Shown here: in pieces, positions 1 to 10,375 of the stretch
Numbering within the stretch: position 1 is the first letter of the stretch
How the letters are laid out: the number at the start of each line of letters is the position of its first letter
Source: an uncultured Alphaproteobacteria bacterium
GTDB lineage: Bacteria; Pseudomonadota; Alphaproteobacteria; HIMB59
Reading direction: 5' to 3'
Length of the DNA: 64,000 nt
NCBI GenBank assembly: GCA_902575065.1
Contig: CACGPU010000005.1
Coordinates: 7,901 to 71,900, forward strand
Position numbers and translations under genes: made by a program
The notes under the pieces: model-generated
The model's input: the letters and a program-made list of their open reading frames with translations, nothing else
What the model was told of the DNA's origin: nothing
Databases searched by the model: none

Positions 1-333
1 TTTGTTCTTTAAAATATTTAATGACTTATAATCAAAAAAATTCTGTTCTAAAAACTTATTATAACTTTGTTTAATCTCATGGGAAATTTGCTCGATTTTT
101 AAAAAATCGTCAGGTATGTGATTTTTTATTTTTTTTATTTCTTGATTGAAATCATTAAGTGCATTTTTAAAATGCTTATCAGAAAAAGTTTCAAGTTTAT
201 TTTTAATATTTGTGATATTTAAATTAGTATCAATTTTAGACTCCAAGTCATAAACAGTTAAACTAAAATAGTCAAAAATTTGTTCATACAAATCGTAAAG
301 TTTTTGTGAATTTATAACATTTGGAATATTCAT
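1..333 (-). CDS. hypothetical protein, 5' part (runs off window edge)
   Basis: Manually translated: ATG at 333, 111 codons with no stop (MNIPNVINSQKLYDLYEQIFDYF...). TAATCT hexamer 6 nt upstream. Not in the ORF track. Confidence 0.7.
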   Translation of the reverse strand, partial: MNIPNVINSQKLYDLYEQIFDYFSLTVYDLESKIDTNLNITNIKNKLETFSDKHFKNALNDFNQEIKKIKNHIPDDFLKIEQISHEIKQSYNKFLEQNFFDYKSLNILKNK

Positions 334-384
334 ATAGAAAGATTACATTAGATACTTTCGATATGTCAAAGAAATTTTAAAATG

Positions 385-419
385 AAAAAAGCCTAAATAC
401 TTATTTATCTAGGCTTTTT
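385..419 (-). terminator. intrinsic terminator downstream of GcvT-family gene
   Basis: Minus strand AAAAAGCCTAGATA...TATTTAGGCTTTTTT hairpin with U-tract, 10 nt after the stop at 430. Confidence 0.8.
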
Positions 420-429
420 AAAAATAAAA

Positions 430-1734
430 TTAATATGCCGTATCTCTTCCATCATCCTTTGCAATTTCTCGTGCATTAGGATTTACTGATGGCCTAAAAG
501 GTATTTCAACTATTTCACCATCTACAGGCGACCCTGGAGTTTCACAATACTCATCAGGTAGATGAAATTTAAATTTATTACCTAAGTCTTTTTTCTCATA
601 AGGTACATATCCCATTGCAATATTTGTTCCCAATTCAGGGGAATACCAAGGTGATGTTAGATACCCTATTGGTGTAGATCCATCTTCAGATATAAGCCAA
701 AAGTCTGGAGCATATTCATCAATGGGTTTACCACCTAATCTAAATCCAACTAGTTGGTTGCTATATGGTTTCTCACCTGCCTCAATTTTTGTTCTCATTG
801 CCTCTAGAGCTTCTTTACCAATATAGTCAGCTTGTTTTTTTCTTGGAACCTGATAGCCAAGGTTACATTGAAATGGATAAGTTTCGGCATCAAGATCTTG
901 ACCCCAAGATAAAATTCCTGCAGCTATTCTTCTATGGTGTGCAGGTGCAATTACTTTTAGATTGTGTTTCTTTCCAGCCTCTAAAACAGCATTCCACATA
1001 TCATCTGCATACAAAGTTGCATCTCTGAGGTAGATTTCATATCCCTTTTCCCCAGTAAAACCTGTTTGGGAAATAATACAATCTCTCCCTCCAACTTTTG
1101 CTGCCATTAATCCATAGTAAGGAATGTCTCTAACAGCATCTCCAACTAAATCTGCCATAAGATCGATTGACTTTGGTCCTTGAATTTGAACAGGAGATAC
1201 ATCTATTTCATCAATTTCTACATTAAATTTTTTATCGTGATTTACGCCTTGAAGAAAAAACATAATATCAGAGTCAGATAGTGAAAACCAAAATTCATCC
1301 TCTGCAATTCTGAGTAATATAGGATCATTTAATACTCCTCCTTTGTCATTACAAAGGATTACATATTTTCCTTTCATTACATCAATTCTTGTAGCATCTC
1401 TTGTGATAACGAAATTTGTAAATTTTAAGGCATCAGGTCCTTTTACACGAATTTGTCTTTCTACTGCAACATTCCACATAGTTACGTGATTTACTAACGC
1501 ATCATATTCGACCATTGCACCACCATCCTCAGGTTTTACATAACCTCTAGGATGATACATTCTATTGTACACAGTGCATCTCCAACATCCTGCCTCTACT
1601 GATAAATGCCAATATGGATTTTTTCTAACTCTGGTAGAAATCAGCATTTGTTGAGGTGTTGGTCCTGATTGCCTTAAATTAAATGGGACTTTTCTATCAG
1701 ATTGGTCCACTGAACTTGGTTGCTTTAGCTTCAT
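430..1734 (-). CDS. GcvT/DmdA-family THF-dependent aminomethyltransferase/demethylase
   Basis: GcvT-fold motifs (IRVKGPDA, QIQGPKS, SQTGFTGEKGYEIY, RRIAAGILSWGQD, GYLTSPWYSPELG). Strong AGGAGG SD. No gcvH/gcvP nearby, so it is not the glycine cleavage T protein. Confidence 0.85.
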   Translation of the reverse strand: MKLKQPSSVDQSDRKVPFNLRQSGPTPQQMLISTRVRKNPYWHLSVEAGCWRCTVYNRMYHPRGYVKPEDGGAMVEYDALVNHVTMWNVAVERQIRVKGPDALKFTNFVITRDATRIDVMKGKYVILCNDKGGVLNDPILLRIAEDEFWFSLSDSDIMFFLQGVNHDKKFNVEIDEIDVSPVQIQGPKSIDLMADLVGDAVRDIPYYGLMAAKVGGRDCIISQTGFTGEKGYEIYLRDATLYADDMWNAVLEAGKKHNLKVIAPAHHRRIAAGILSWGQDLDAETYPFQCNLGYQVPRKKQADYIGKEALEAMRTKIEAGEKPYSNQLVGFRLGGKPIDEYAPDFWLISEDGSTPIGYLTSPWYSPELGTNIAMGYVPYEKKDLGNKFKFHLPDEYCETPGSPVDGEIVEIPFRPSVNPNAREIAKDDGRDTAY

Positions 1735-1814
1735 ATATCCTCCTATAAAAAATGCAGTAGCAATTTTTGAAAACTAATTTCTTTTTAAGGTCTATGCAAT
1801 CGAAAAATTTGAAC

Positions 1815-2696
1815 TTAAAAGATTTTGTTGTGGAGGACTATTTTGTCATTTTCCATGATAAAATCACCATTTTGAATAGCATTTAACCAATGACAGGTCT
1901 TTTCGAAGCCACCAAAAGGAAAGCAGTGAAAATTTTTAAATGAACTTTGTTTCTCAGAGAAATTTGCTAACTCAATAAACATTTCATCGTTTGAAGTTTT
2001 GGTTAGAAGGTCAGTTACTTTAGATGAGTTCTTTTTAAAAAAACTTAATGAATTTCCAACACCACTCATTATCCCAAAATTAAGGAGTGTTTTAAAAGAT
2101 GCTGGGCCTGGAAAGCCTACTCTGACGGGTAATTTTATATTTGAATTATCTAAAAATTTGCACCATTTAATAAATGGTTCGGCATTAAAAAAAAATTGAG
2201 TAACAAGTTCTAAACTTAAATTTTTATTTTTTGATAATTCATATTTTTTATCTAAAAATTCGTTGACAGTATTTTGATCAATATCAGGTGAACCTTCTGG
2301 GTGTCCAGCTATTCCTATCTCTTCAAAATCATTATCCTTTAATAAACCAGACTCTAGTATTTCCAGCGAAGATGATACTGATCCATTCTGATTACCTCCA
2401 CCACCTATAACAAGAATTTTTTTGCTATCTGTTCTATTTCTAAGTTCTTTTAGGAAGTCTGAAACATGATCTAAATCTCTCATTGTTCTTGCAGGCAAAT
2501 GAGTAATAGGAGTTAATTCTTGTTTAGATACAAAATCAACAGTTTCTAAGATATCGTTTTCCGTAGCATCAGGTAAATATGTTATGTAGACATTATTTTT
2601 TTTATCTAGAGGGATAGACTTTAGTTTGTGTCTTACTTTTGGGTTTAACTCTATGGTAAAGCCATCTACTAAAGAAACAATATTTTCTTTGATCAT
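1815..2696 (-). CDS. metF: methylenetetrahydrofolate reductase
   Basis: MTHFR motifs HLPAR, AGHPEG, VTQFFF, H-x-FPFGG; C1 gene context. Confidence 0.8.
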   Translation of the reverse strand: MIKENIVSLVDGFTIELNPKVRHKLKSIPLDKKNNVYITYLPDATENDILETVDFVSKQELTPITHLPARTMRDLDHVSDFLKELRNRTDSKKILVIGGGGNQNGSVSSSLEILESGLLKDNDFEEIGIAGHPEGSPDIDQNTVNEFLDKKYELSKNKNLSLELVTQFFFNAEPFIKWCKFLDNSNIKLPVRVGFPGPASFKTLLNFGIMSGVGNSLSFFKKNSSKVTDLLTKTSNDEMFIELANFSEKQSSFKNFHCFPFGGFEKTCHWLNAIQNGDFIMENDKIVLHNKIF

Positions 2697-2714
2697 ATTT
2701 TTAAAATATAATAG

Positions 2715-5189
2715 TTAAGACTTTAATCTATTATTTTCTGGATCCAGCAAAGGTTCCTCAGTAATTGTTAATGGATACCTTTTGCCAAAGTACTCGACCT
2801 CTAACTTATTTCCTTTTTCTGAAACTTCTGTTGGTAAATATCCATAAACAATGTGTTTATCAACAAAATAGCCATAATTTGTACTCGTTACGTACCCTAC
2901 AGCCTTACCATTTGAATAAATTGGTTCTGTGCCTAAGGCCATTCCTTCAGGGTCATCAATAATCATACAAGTAAGTTTCTTTTCAATTGGTTTTTCTTTT
3001 ATTTTTTGAAGTGCAGTCTTGCCAATAAACTCATTTTCTTTTTTAAGCTTCACTGTAAAGCCTAAGCCTGACTCATAAGGGTTGTAGTTAGTATGAATAT
3101 CTGTGCCCAGTGATCTATAACCTTTCTCCAATCTGAGTGACTCAAAAGCACCAGCTCCAGAACAAATCATGTTGAACTCTCTTGAAGTTTCTCGAAGTTC
3201 ATCCCATAATGATAATCCATACTCAGTAGATGTATATATTTCCCAACCTAATTCACCTATATAAGATATTCTTACAGCAACACAGGGAATGTTACTGATA
3301 GAAATCTTTTTAATATGGAAAAATGGAAAACCTTCATTAGATACATCATCGTCATCACACAGTTTTTCAAGAACAGATCTTGAATTTGGTCCCCATATGC
3401 CAATACCTGCAAAAGCAGATGTCCAATCTATGATCTGAACACTTCCATCATCAGGGGCATTTGCTCGAAGCCAACTAATATCAATCATTCCATTCCCAGC
3501 TCCTGCCAAGACCCAAAATTTATCTTCCTCAAGTCTGCTAATTGTAAGATCACTCTTTATACCACCATACATATTAGAAATTACGCTATAAACAACTTTA
3601 CCTACGGCAACATCAATATTATTTGTGCAAACTTTCTGCAATAATTTAAGAGCACCTTTTCCACTTACTTCAATTTTCACAAATCCCGTAATATCAAACA
3701 GAGCGCCTGTTTGTCTTGTTACAAGATGTTCAGCTGCTTGAATCGGTGACCAATATTTTGCAGCCCAGCCTGTTCTATTTGGAAAGTTTTTACCTTTCAT
3801 TAATTCAGCATTTGACTCATACCATTGAGGCCTTTCCCAGCCCATTGTCTCAAAGAAATGTGCTTTTTGTCCTTCTAATCGAGCGTAAAATGGACTTCTC
3901 CGTAGTGGTCTTGGCTGCTCCATTTGTTGAAGCGGGTGAATAATGTCATATACCTCTTTATAATTCTGTTTACCTCTTGATCTTAGATATTTCCTGACAT
4001 GATGATGTTGATGAAAACGATTTATGTCTCCTTGGCGAACATCGAGTTCAGGCTCACCATTCACTATCCATTCTGCCATAGCTTTACCAACACCACCAGC
4101 ATGTGTAATCCATACAGCATTGGCGGTCCACAAACCTTTTACACTTGTCTCGCCCATTAAAGGGTTACCATCAGTTGTAAATGAAAAAATTCCATTAATT
4201 TTTTTTGTAAGTTTTTTTTCAGAAAATCTTGGGAACAACCAATTCGACTCTTTATGTGCACCTTCAAAATCATCAGGTCTGAAGTCTACCAGTGAGGGCA
4301 TTTCTTCAGCATCCTCAGGTTTCTTTAGTTCTTCTGACTCTAAAATTCTTGGTTCATGTCGATAATTTCCAATAACATAAGTATCATTCCATTGTCTGAA
4401 ATAGAGACTGTAATCTTGGTGACGCATCAATGCATGTTCAACCAAAGCCTCCTTGTGATCAGCTTTAAATTCTTTCAATTCTTCAAACGGCTCTAACCAC
4501 ACCATTTGATGTTCACATGGAACTAAAGGTAATGATATGTTAGCAAGTCTTCCCATTTTTGGAGCCCAGATACCAGTTGAGACAAGCACAATGTCGGCTT
4601 CATAATCACCCTTAGACGTTTGCACGCCACGAATTTGATTATTTTGAATTTTAAAACCATTAACTGCTGTATCACCAAAAAATTCGCCTGCTTTTAAATC
4701 AGTCACATATTTTGCCATTGCTCTAACTGCTCTTACGGGTGCTGCTAAACCGTCAGTTGGAACATAATATCCCCCATGAATTTTTTCTGGGTCAATATAG
4801 GGGCTCATTTTTAAAACTTCATCTGGAGTAATTATTTTTGCATCAGTTAATCCATAACTGTGAGCTATACCTAGTTTTCGATAAAGGTCTTGATGTCTTT
4901 CTTTTGTCTTTGATACCTCAATTCCCCCAACAGTATGAAAACAAGGTTTGCCCTCAAATGATAAGGATCTAAGTAAGTCAACTGTGTACTGTGCAAATTT
5001 ACACATCATTCGTGAAGGATTAGTTTGAAACACTCCTCCAGGTGCATGACTTGTAGAGCCTCCGGTTTCAAACAATGGCCCTTGATCAAGTATAACCATA
5101 TCTTTCCAACCCAATTGAGCTAAATGATAGGCGGTGCTTGCTCCAACAATACCACTACCAACGATTATTATTCTTGATTTTCTTGCCAT
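2715..5189 (-). CDS. dimethylglycine oxidase/dehydrogenase (FAD domain + GcvT folate domain)
   Basis: GSGIVG FAD motif, GGSTSHAPG covalent-FAD His motif, WERPQWY, C-terminal GcvT domain (SYIGELGWEIY, LRLEKGY); 824 aa. Confidence 0.88.
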   Translation of the reverse strand: MARKSRIIIVGSGIVGASTAYHLAQLGWKDMVILDQGPLFETGGSTSHAPGGVFQTNPSRMMCKFAQYTVDLLRSLSFEGKPCFHTVGGIEVSKTKERHQDLYRKLGIAHSYGLTDAKIITPDEVLKMSPYIDPEKIHGGYYVPTDGLAAPVRAVRAMAKYVTDLKAGEFFGDTAVNGFKIQNNQIRGVQTSKGDYEADIVLVSTGIWAPKMGRLANISLPLVPCEHQMVWLEPFEELKEFKADHKEALVEHALMRHQDYSLYFRQWNDTYVIGNYRHEPRILESEELKKPEDAEEMPSLVDFRPDDFEGAHKESNWLFPRFSEKKLTKKINGIFSFTTDGNPLMGETSVKGLWTANAVWITHAGGVGKAMAEWIVNGEPELDVRQGDINRFHQHHHVRKYLRSRGKQNYKEVYDIIHPLQQMEQPRPLRRSPFYARLEGQKAHFFETMGWERPQWYESNAELMKGKNFPNRTGWAAKYWSPIQAAEHLVTRQTGALFDITGFVKIEVSGKGALKLLQKVCTNNIDVAVGKVVYSVISNMYGGIKSDLTISRLEEDKFWVLAGAGNGMIDISWLRANAPDDGSVQIIDWTSAFAGIGIWGPNSRSVLEKLCDDDDVSNEGFPFFHIKKISISNIPCVAVRISYIGELGWEIYTSTEYGLSLWDELRETSREFNMICSGAGAFESLRLEKGYRSLGTDIHTNYNPYESGLGFTVKLKKENEFIGKTALQKIKEKPIEKKLTCMIIDDPEGMALGTEPIYSNGKAVGYVTSTNYGYFVDKHIVYGYLPTEVSEKGNKLEVEYFGKRYPLTITEEPLLDPENNRLKS

Positions 5190-5247
5190 TTATTCCTCTA
5201 AAAATACCTAATCAGTTCCAAAATTTGATGTCAATATGAAAAAAAAC

Positions 5248-5769
5248 CTAATAGTTAACCGCGTCAATAAGACGATCCTCAAGATAGTCAGCAAATGATC
5301 GATTACAACTAAGTAACAATTTAAGATCAAGATTAAAAATAGAACAGTCTACTCTTGCTAATAATGTTTGTGCGGCAGTAGATTTTTTAAAGGATTTTTC
5401 TCTAAAGTCAAAATGCGTTAATTTATTTAATATATCAAAACTATTTTTACCTTGAATTTCAAAAAATACTTGTGAGTCAGAAATATTTGTAGCTAATATT
5501 AAGGGTGATTTATTTAAATCATCTAAGATTTTGTTGAGCTTTTTAATTTCAATTTCTTTTTCAAATATTAAATTCCATTGATCAAAAGACATTTTTGCTA
5601 AAGTATAACTATCATTTGAAATTATCCTTAAATTATCTGATGGTGGTAAAAGTTTTAAAGATTTATTTATATGATTATTAAATTTTGAGTCACCAGATCC
5701 TCTTAACAGAATTTGTTGAATAACTTTTTTTTTTATTTCAATACCATCAGATCGGATTACTTCAGTCAT
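5248..5769 (-). CDS. soxG: sarcosine oxidase gamma subunit
   Basis: Last gene of soxBDAG; motifs AQTLLARV and RSFADYL. Confidence 0.8.
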   Translation of the reverse strand: MTEVIRSDGIEIKKKVIQQILLRGSGDSKFNNHINKSLKLLPPSDNLRIISNDSYTLAKMSFDQWNLIFEKEIEIKKLNKILDDLNKSPLILATNISDSQVFFEIQGKNSFDILNKLTHFDFREKSFKKSTAAQTLLARVDCSIFNLDLKLLLSCNRSFADYLEDRLIDAVNY

Positions 5770-8744
5770 GAAACTAACCTTTTATTATCTTCATCATAAA
5801 AAACAGGTTTTACTATATCCACACCAGTTGTACTCATACTTGATGTAGAGGCGTAAGCTTTTGTTCCAATCATAGAGCGGCCATTTTTGATAACAGCTAA
5901 TGCAAAATCATGACCTAATGTAGAACTATAATAACAAGACGTAATATGACCAAGCATTGGGACAGGAGATTTAATTTCTTTATCAAGAATGATATGTTGT
6001 CCTTCCTCTAGTTTATCGGCTTTATTCGAGGGAATGATACCAACAAGTTGTTTCCTATCTTCTCTTATAGTATCAGACCGAGTAAGTGATCTTTTACCTA
6101 AAAAATCTTTTTTTGATTTACCAATCATCCAGCTAAGTCCCAAATCTATTGGCGTTATAGAACCATCTGTGTCTTGGCCAACAATAATGTAACCCTTTTC
6201 TGCCCTTAAAAGATGCATTGCCTCCGTGCCGTAGGGTGCAAGACCAAATTCTTTTCCAACACTTTGAATGTTATCCCAAATTTTAGGAGCACTATTTGAC
6301 GGAATATATATTTCGTAACCTAACTCCCCAGTAAAGCTTGCTCTTAGAATTCGTAATGGAATACCATTAAATTCATGAAATTGGAAAGTCATAAATGGAA
6401 ACTCCTCATTGCTAAAATTGATATTTGGAAAGGCTTTTTTCATAATTTCTCTGGTTTTTGGTCCACTAATGTTGAACGTTGCATATTGCTCTGTAATCGA
6501 GTTCATAAAAACTTTTAAATTTGGCCACTCGGTTTGAGCATATTCTTCCATGCAACCTAAAACAGTAGCAGCACCTCCAGTAGTTGTAGTGGCAATGAAA
6601 TGCTGATCAGAAATTTTACAAATTATCCCGTCATCTTTTACCATTCCATCTTCCCCCAACATAAGAGCATATCTTGCAGAACCTTGTTTCATCTTAGTAA
6701 AGCTGTTTGTGTAAATTAAATTCATAAATTCCAATGCATCCTCACCTTTGATCTCAATTTTTCCTAATGTGCTCCCATCTAAAATACCTGCGTTTTCTCT
6801 TACATTTTTGCTCTCTCGTTGAACAGCATCATGCATCGACTCATCTTTATTAATTTGAAAATACCATGGCCTTTTCCATTGCCCGACATCCTCAAAAATT
6901 GCACCATTTTTTAAGTGCCAACTATGTATTGGTGATTTTCTCTCTGGGTCATAAAACTCATAGCAATTTCTGCCAGCTATTGCAGAGAAACTTAAAGGAG
7001 CATAGGGTGGTCGATAAATAGTTGTGCCAACTTCATTTACTTTTTTATCCAGAAGATCAGAAACTATTCCCAGTGCGTTAATACTACTAATTTTACCTTG
7101 ATCGGTTCCCATGCTATTTGTTGTATATCTTTTTAAATGTTCAATTCTATCAAAACCCTCTGTTATTGCTTGACGGATATCTTTAGTTGTCACATCATTT
7201 TGTAAGTCAATAAATGATTTAGCCCATAATGATTTCTTTTGCGGAGACACCTCCCACAATTTTTCAATATTATACTTAGTGTTTGTATTTAATTCGAGTT
7301 TCACGTCTAATTTTTTGACTTTAAAAGTTTTCAATTTTTGATTTACATCAGAATTTAAATTATCAAAATTAAACTGTCCTGAAGCAGAACCAAGAGTTAT
7401 GGTAGGTTGAAAAGGTTTTGATGGTTTGTAAGTTAAATCTTTCTCATCCCAATCTAATAAACCTTTTGATTGAGTAAACAAGTGAACATCTGGATTTATT
7501 CCACCTGACAAACATAAGCAGTCACATTTAATTTCATTTAAAGCACTAGAACTATCCTCAACAAGAATTTTTTCAATTTTTTTGTTTCCAAAAGCTCCTT
7601 TTATTTGTGAATTTGTGTAAAGAGGAACATCATTTTTTCTTATTAAGTCAAACAAATTTGGCTCAATTTCCTCCCCTGATCGTGAGTCGATATATGCTTT
7701 TGGTTTTAAACCAGCTTTTATAAGACTATAAACTAAGCTGTTTGAATTCGAATTATTACTGAAAATTACAGGTTCTTTAGAAGGTGCTAATCCATATCGG
7801 CACATATATTTTTCAAAGGAAGAGCTTAGCATTATGCCTGGGAGATCGTTATTTTGAAAAGATAAAAATCTTTCAATGTGTCCATTACATAATATTGTGT
7901 GACCTGTGCGTATCTTATGTAAAGTGCTATTAACTTTTCCTTCTATAGGTTTAGAGCCAACAAATCTATCTTCAATGGCTATAAGATGATTAATGTAATT
8001 ATAAGTAGTAACAAGTGTGTTTTTTAAAATCTTTATATTCTTAGAGTCTTCTATTTCTTGTATAGTTTCTTTTAACCAATCTTTAGGATCTTTGTTATCA
8101 ATTAATGATATTTTGTTTGAATTATTTATAATGCCACCAAGTTGATCTTCAAAGTCAATTAACAACACATCATAATTTGAGTTGATGAAAGATTTAGCTG
8201 CAAGAAGTCCATTTAATCCTCCCCCTATAATTGTAACATCGACGTTATGATGGATATGATTACTTATGCCTTTGAAATCTTTGGGAGGTTTACCCAATCC
8301 AGCTGCTCTTCTAATAAGTGGTTCATATAAATTTTTCCAAAATTTCTTATGTGGCCCCATGAAAGTTTTATAGTAAAAACCAGCAGTAAAAATTGGAGAA
8401 AATAAGTTATTAATACTTCCAAAATCGTTTTCAAGAGAAGGCCATCTGTTTTGACTTTCAATTTCCATCCCTTCATAAATTTTTTTTATAGTCGCTCTTG
8501 TGTTTGGTTCGGAATATTCACTAATTATTTGGACTAGAGCATTTGGTTCTTCTATACCACAGGTATAAATTCCTCTTGGCCTATGGTACTTAAAACTTCT
8601 TCCTACAAGGTTAATATTATTTCTTAATAGAGCTGAGGCTATAGTATCGCCTTTGTAGCCAAAATATTTGACCCCATCAAACTTGAAGCTAATTTTTTGA
8701 TGAAACTGAATAAATTGATTTTCTTTTAAATTTATAGATTTCAT
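5766..8744 (-). CDS. soxA: sarcosine oxidase alpha subunit
   Basis: GDTIASAL, RSFKYHRPRG, AGFYYKTFM, EHLKRYTT..GTDQGK, C-terminal GcvT domain; 992 aa. Confidence 0.95.
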   Translation of the reverse strand: MKSINLKENQFIQFHQKISFKFDGVKYFGYKGDTIASALLRNNINLVGRSFKYHRPRGIYTCGIEEPNALVQIISEYSEPNTRATIKKIYEGMEIESQNRWPSLENDFGSINNLFSPIFTAGFYYKTFMGPHKKFWKNLYEPLIRRAAGLGKPPKDFKGISNHIHHNVDVTIIGGGLNGLLAAKSFINSNYDVLLIDFEDQLGGIINNSNKISLIDNKDPKDWLKETIQEIEDSKNIKILKNTLVTTYNYINHLIAIEDRFVGSKPIEGKVNSTLHKIRTGHTILCNGHIERFLSFQNNDLPGIMLSSSFEKYMCRYGLAPSKEPVIFSNNSNSNSLVYSLIKAGLKPKAYIDSRSGEEIEPNLFDLIRKNDVPLYTNSQIKGAFGNKKIEKILVEDSSSALNEIKCDCLCLSGGINPDVHLFTQSKGLLDWDEKDLTYKPSKPFQPTITLGSASGQFNFDNLNSDVNQKLKTFKVKKLDVKLELNTNTKYNIEKLWEVSPQKKSLWAKSFIDLQNDVTTKDIRQAITEGFDRIEHLKRYTTNSMGTDQGKISSINALGIVSDLLDKKVNEVGTTIYRPPYAPLSFSAIAGRNCYEFYDPERKSPIHSWHLKNGAIFEDVGQWKRPWYFQINKDESMHDAVQRESKNVRENAGILDGSTLGKIEIKGEDALEFMNLIYTNSFTKMKQGSARYALMLGEDGMVKDDGIICKISDQHFIATTTTGGAATVLGCMEEYAQTEWPNLKVFMNSITEQYATFNISGPKTREIMKKAFPNINFSNEEFPFMTFQFHEFNGIPLRILRASFTGELGYEIYIPSNSAPKIWDNIQSVGKEFGLAPYGTEAMHLLRAEKGYIIVGQDTDGSITPIDLGLSWMIGKSKKDFLGKRSLTRSDTIREDRKQLVGIIPSNKADKLEEGQHIILDKEIKSPVPMLGHITSCYYSSTLGHDFALAVIKNGRSMIGTKAYASTSSMSTTGVDIVKPVFYDEDNKRLVS

Positions 8745-9091
8745 TTTTCAACCGTAAAATTTCCCGACCCAACCTCTGGTTCACCAGAGGGCGTTTTAAC
8801 AACACTTTTAAAATTATTTAAATTTGGTTTTTTTTCATCGAGTTTGTATGTCACTAAAATTTGATCAGTAGATGTATCTCTGACACAATTAAACCATTTT
8901 CGACAACCATGTGTGTGTACCCAGCGCTCATAAAACAAACCTTTTGGGTTGGCTCTAATAAAGACATATTCTCCCCACTCACGATCACCAATTTCTTTTG
9001 ATCCATCGGGTCTTTTTACATGCGCCTCTCCTCCATTTGAAAATTCCGATTGATCTCTCGGGCCGCAATAAGGGCAATTAATTATGAGCAT
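8741..9091 (-). CDS. soxD: sarcosine oxidase delta subunit
   Basis: CPYCGPR and ERWVHTHGCRKWFN zinc motifs. Confidence 0.95.
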   Translation of the reverse strand: MLIINCPYCGPRDQSEFSNGGEAHVKRPDGSKEIGDREWGEYVFIRANPKGLFYERWVHTHGCRKWFNCVRDTSTDQILVTYKLDEKKPNLNNFKSVVKTPSGEPEVGSGNFTVEK

Positions 9092-9096
9092 ATTTA

Positions 9097-10347
9097 TTAA
9101 TGTGCTACGGCTGCAGCACCGTGTTCGTCGACTAATCTTCCACTTGCAAATCTATCAAGATTAAAAGCACTATTAATTTGATGAGGTTCATTTTTTGCAA
9201 TGGTATATGCAAAAACATTTGCACTTCCAGGAGTGGCTTTAAAACCACCTGTGCCCCAGCCACAATTAAAAAATAAACCCTCAATGTTACATTTACTAAT
9301 GATAGGACTAGCATCTGGGCAGATGTCAACAATACCACCCCATTGACGAAGCATTTTCATTTTGCCAAATACTGGATAAAGCTCGACCATCGCTCGAATA
9401 GTATCTTCAATAATGTTAAAACCACCTCTTTGAGTGAAAGAATTATAACTGTCGGTTCCTGCTCCAATAACTAATTCACCTTTATCAGATTGACTGACAT
9501 AAGCATGAACTGCAGAGGACATTACCACTGTATCAATAATAGGTTTGATTGGTTCAGAAACAAGTGCCTGAAGTGGCTTACTTTGTAAAGGTAATCTGAT
9601 ACCTGCACTCTCTGCTAAAACACCAGTATGACCTGAAGCAACAACTCCAATTTTATTTGCTCTTAAAAAACCCTTGGAAGTTTCGACACCTTCTATTGTT
9701 CCATTTTTAGTCCTTATTTGATGTGCCTCACAATTTTGAATTATATCAACTCCCATCTCATCAGCGCGCATTGCAAAACCCCATGCTATTGCATCATGTC
9801 TTGCTACACCACCGCGAGGTTGGTAAGATGCACCAAGCACTGGATATCGAAGATTGTCAGTATTCATTATAGGAACCTTTTTTTGAATTTCTTCTTTAGA
9901 TAACCAAAATGAGTCAATACCATTTAAATTATTTGCACTCACTCTTCTTTTAATTTCTTTTATATCATGTTCGTTATGGGCTAAATTCATAACCCCTCTT
10001 TGACTAAACATTACATTGTAATTTAATTCGCTTGATAGGTTTTCCCATAACTTCAAAGAGTGTTCGTACAAATGAGCACTATCATCCCATAAATAATTTG
10101 ATCTAATGATAGTGGTGTTTCTACCTGTGTTACCTCCACCAAGCCAACCTTTTTCTATTACCGCAATATTTTTTAATCCATGTTCTTTTGCTAAGTAATA
10201 TGCAGTTCCTAGTCCATGACCCCCACCACCAATTATTATGACATCATAAAACTCTCTAGGTTCGGGGCTTCTCCACATTTTTGGCCACTCTTTATGGCCA
10301 GATAGTGCATTTTTAGCAAGGCTAAATATTGAATATTTTTTCTTCAC
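9097..10347 (-). CDS. soxB: sarcosine oxidase beta subunit
   Basis: [44 protein letters not shown]-terminal GAAAVAH; GTG start. Confidence 0.97.
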   Translation of the reverse strand: MKKKYSIFSLAKNALSGHKEWPKMWRSPEPREFYDVIIIGGGGHGLGTAYYLAKEHGLKNIAVIEKGWLGGGNTGRNTTIIRSNYLWDDSAHLYEHSLKLWENLSSELNYNVMFSQRGVMNLAHNEHDIKEIKRRVSANNLNGIDSFWLSKEEIQKKVPIMNTDNLRYPVLGASYQPRGGVARHDAIAWGFAMRADEMGVDIIQNCEAHQIRTKNGTIEGVETSKGFLRANKIGVVASGHTGVLAESAGIRLPLQSKPLQALVSEPIKPIIDTVVMSSAVHAYVSQSDKGELVIGAGTDSYNSFTQRGGFNIIEDTIRAMVELYPVFGKMKMLRQWGGIVDICPDASPIISKCNIEGLFFNCGWGTGGFKATPGSANVFAYTIAKNEPHQINSAFNLDRFASGRLVDEHGAAAVAH

Positions 10348-10375
10348 AACAGCAAATTAGCAAAAAATAAAATAA

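Noticed and set aside
430-1734. Glycine cleavage T protein or confident dmdA call
   Set aside because: No gcvH/gcvP, and it has a long distinct N-terminus; substrate cannot be assigned from sequence.
1735-1814. Possible SAM-II/SAM-V or glycine riboswitch upstream of the GcvT-family gene
   Set aside because: No recognisable conserved riboswitch core. The region is explained by a TTGCAT-N17-TAGTTT promoter-like element and an SD. An Infernal/Rfam scan would be decisive.
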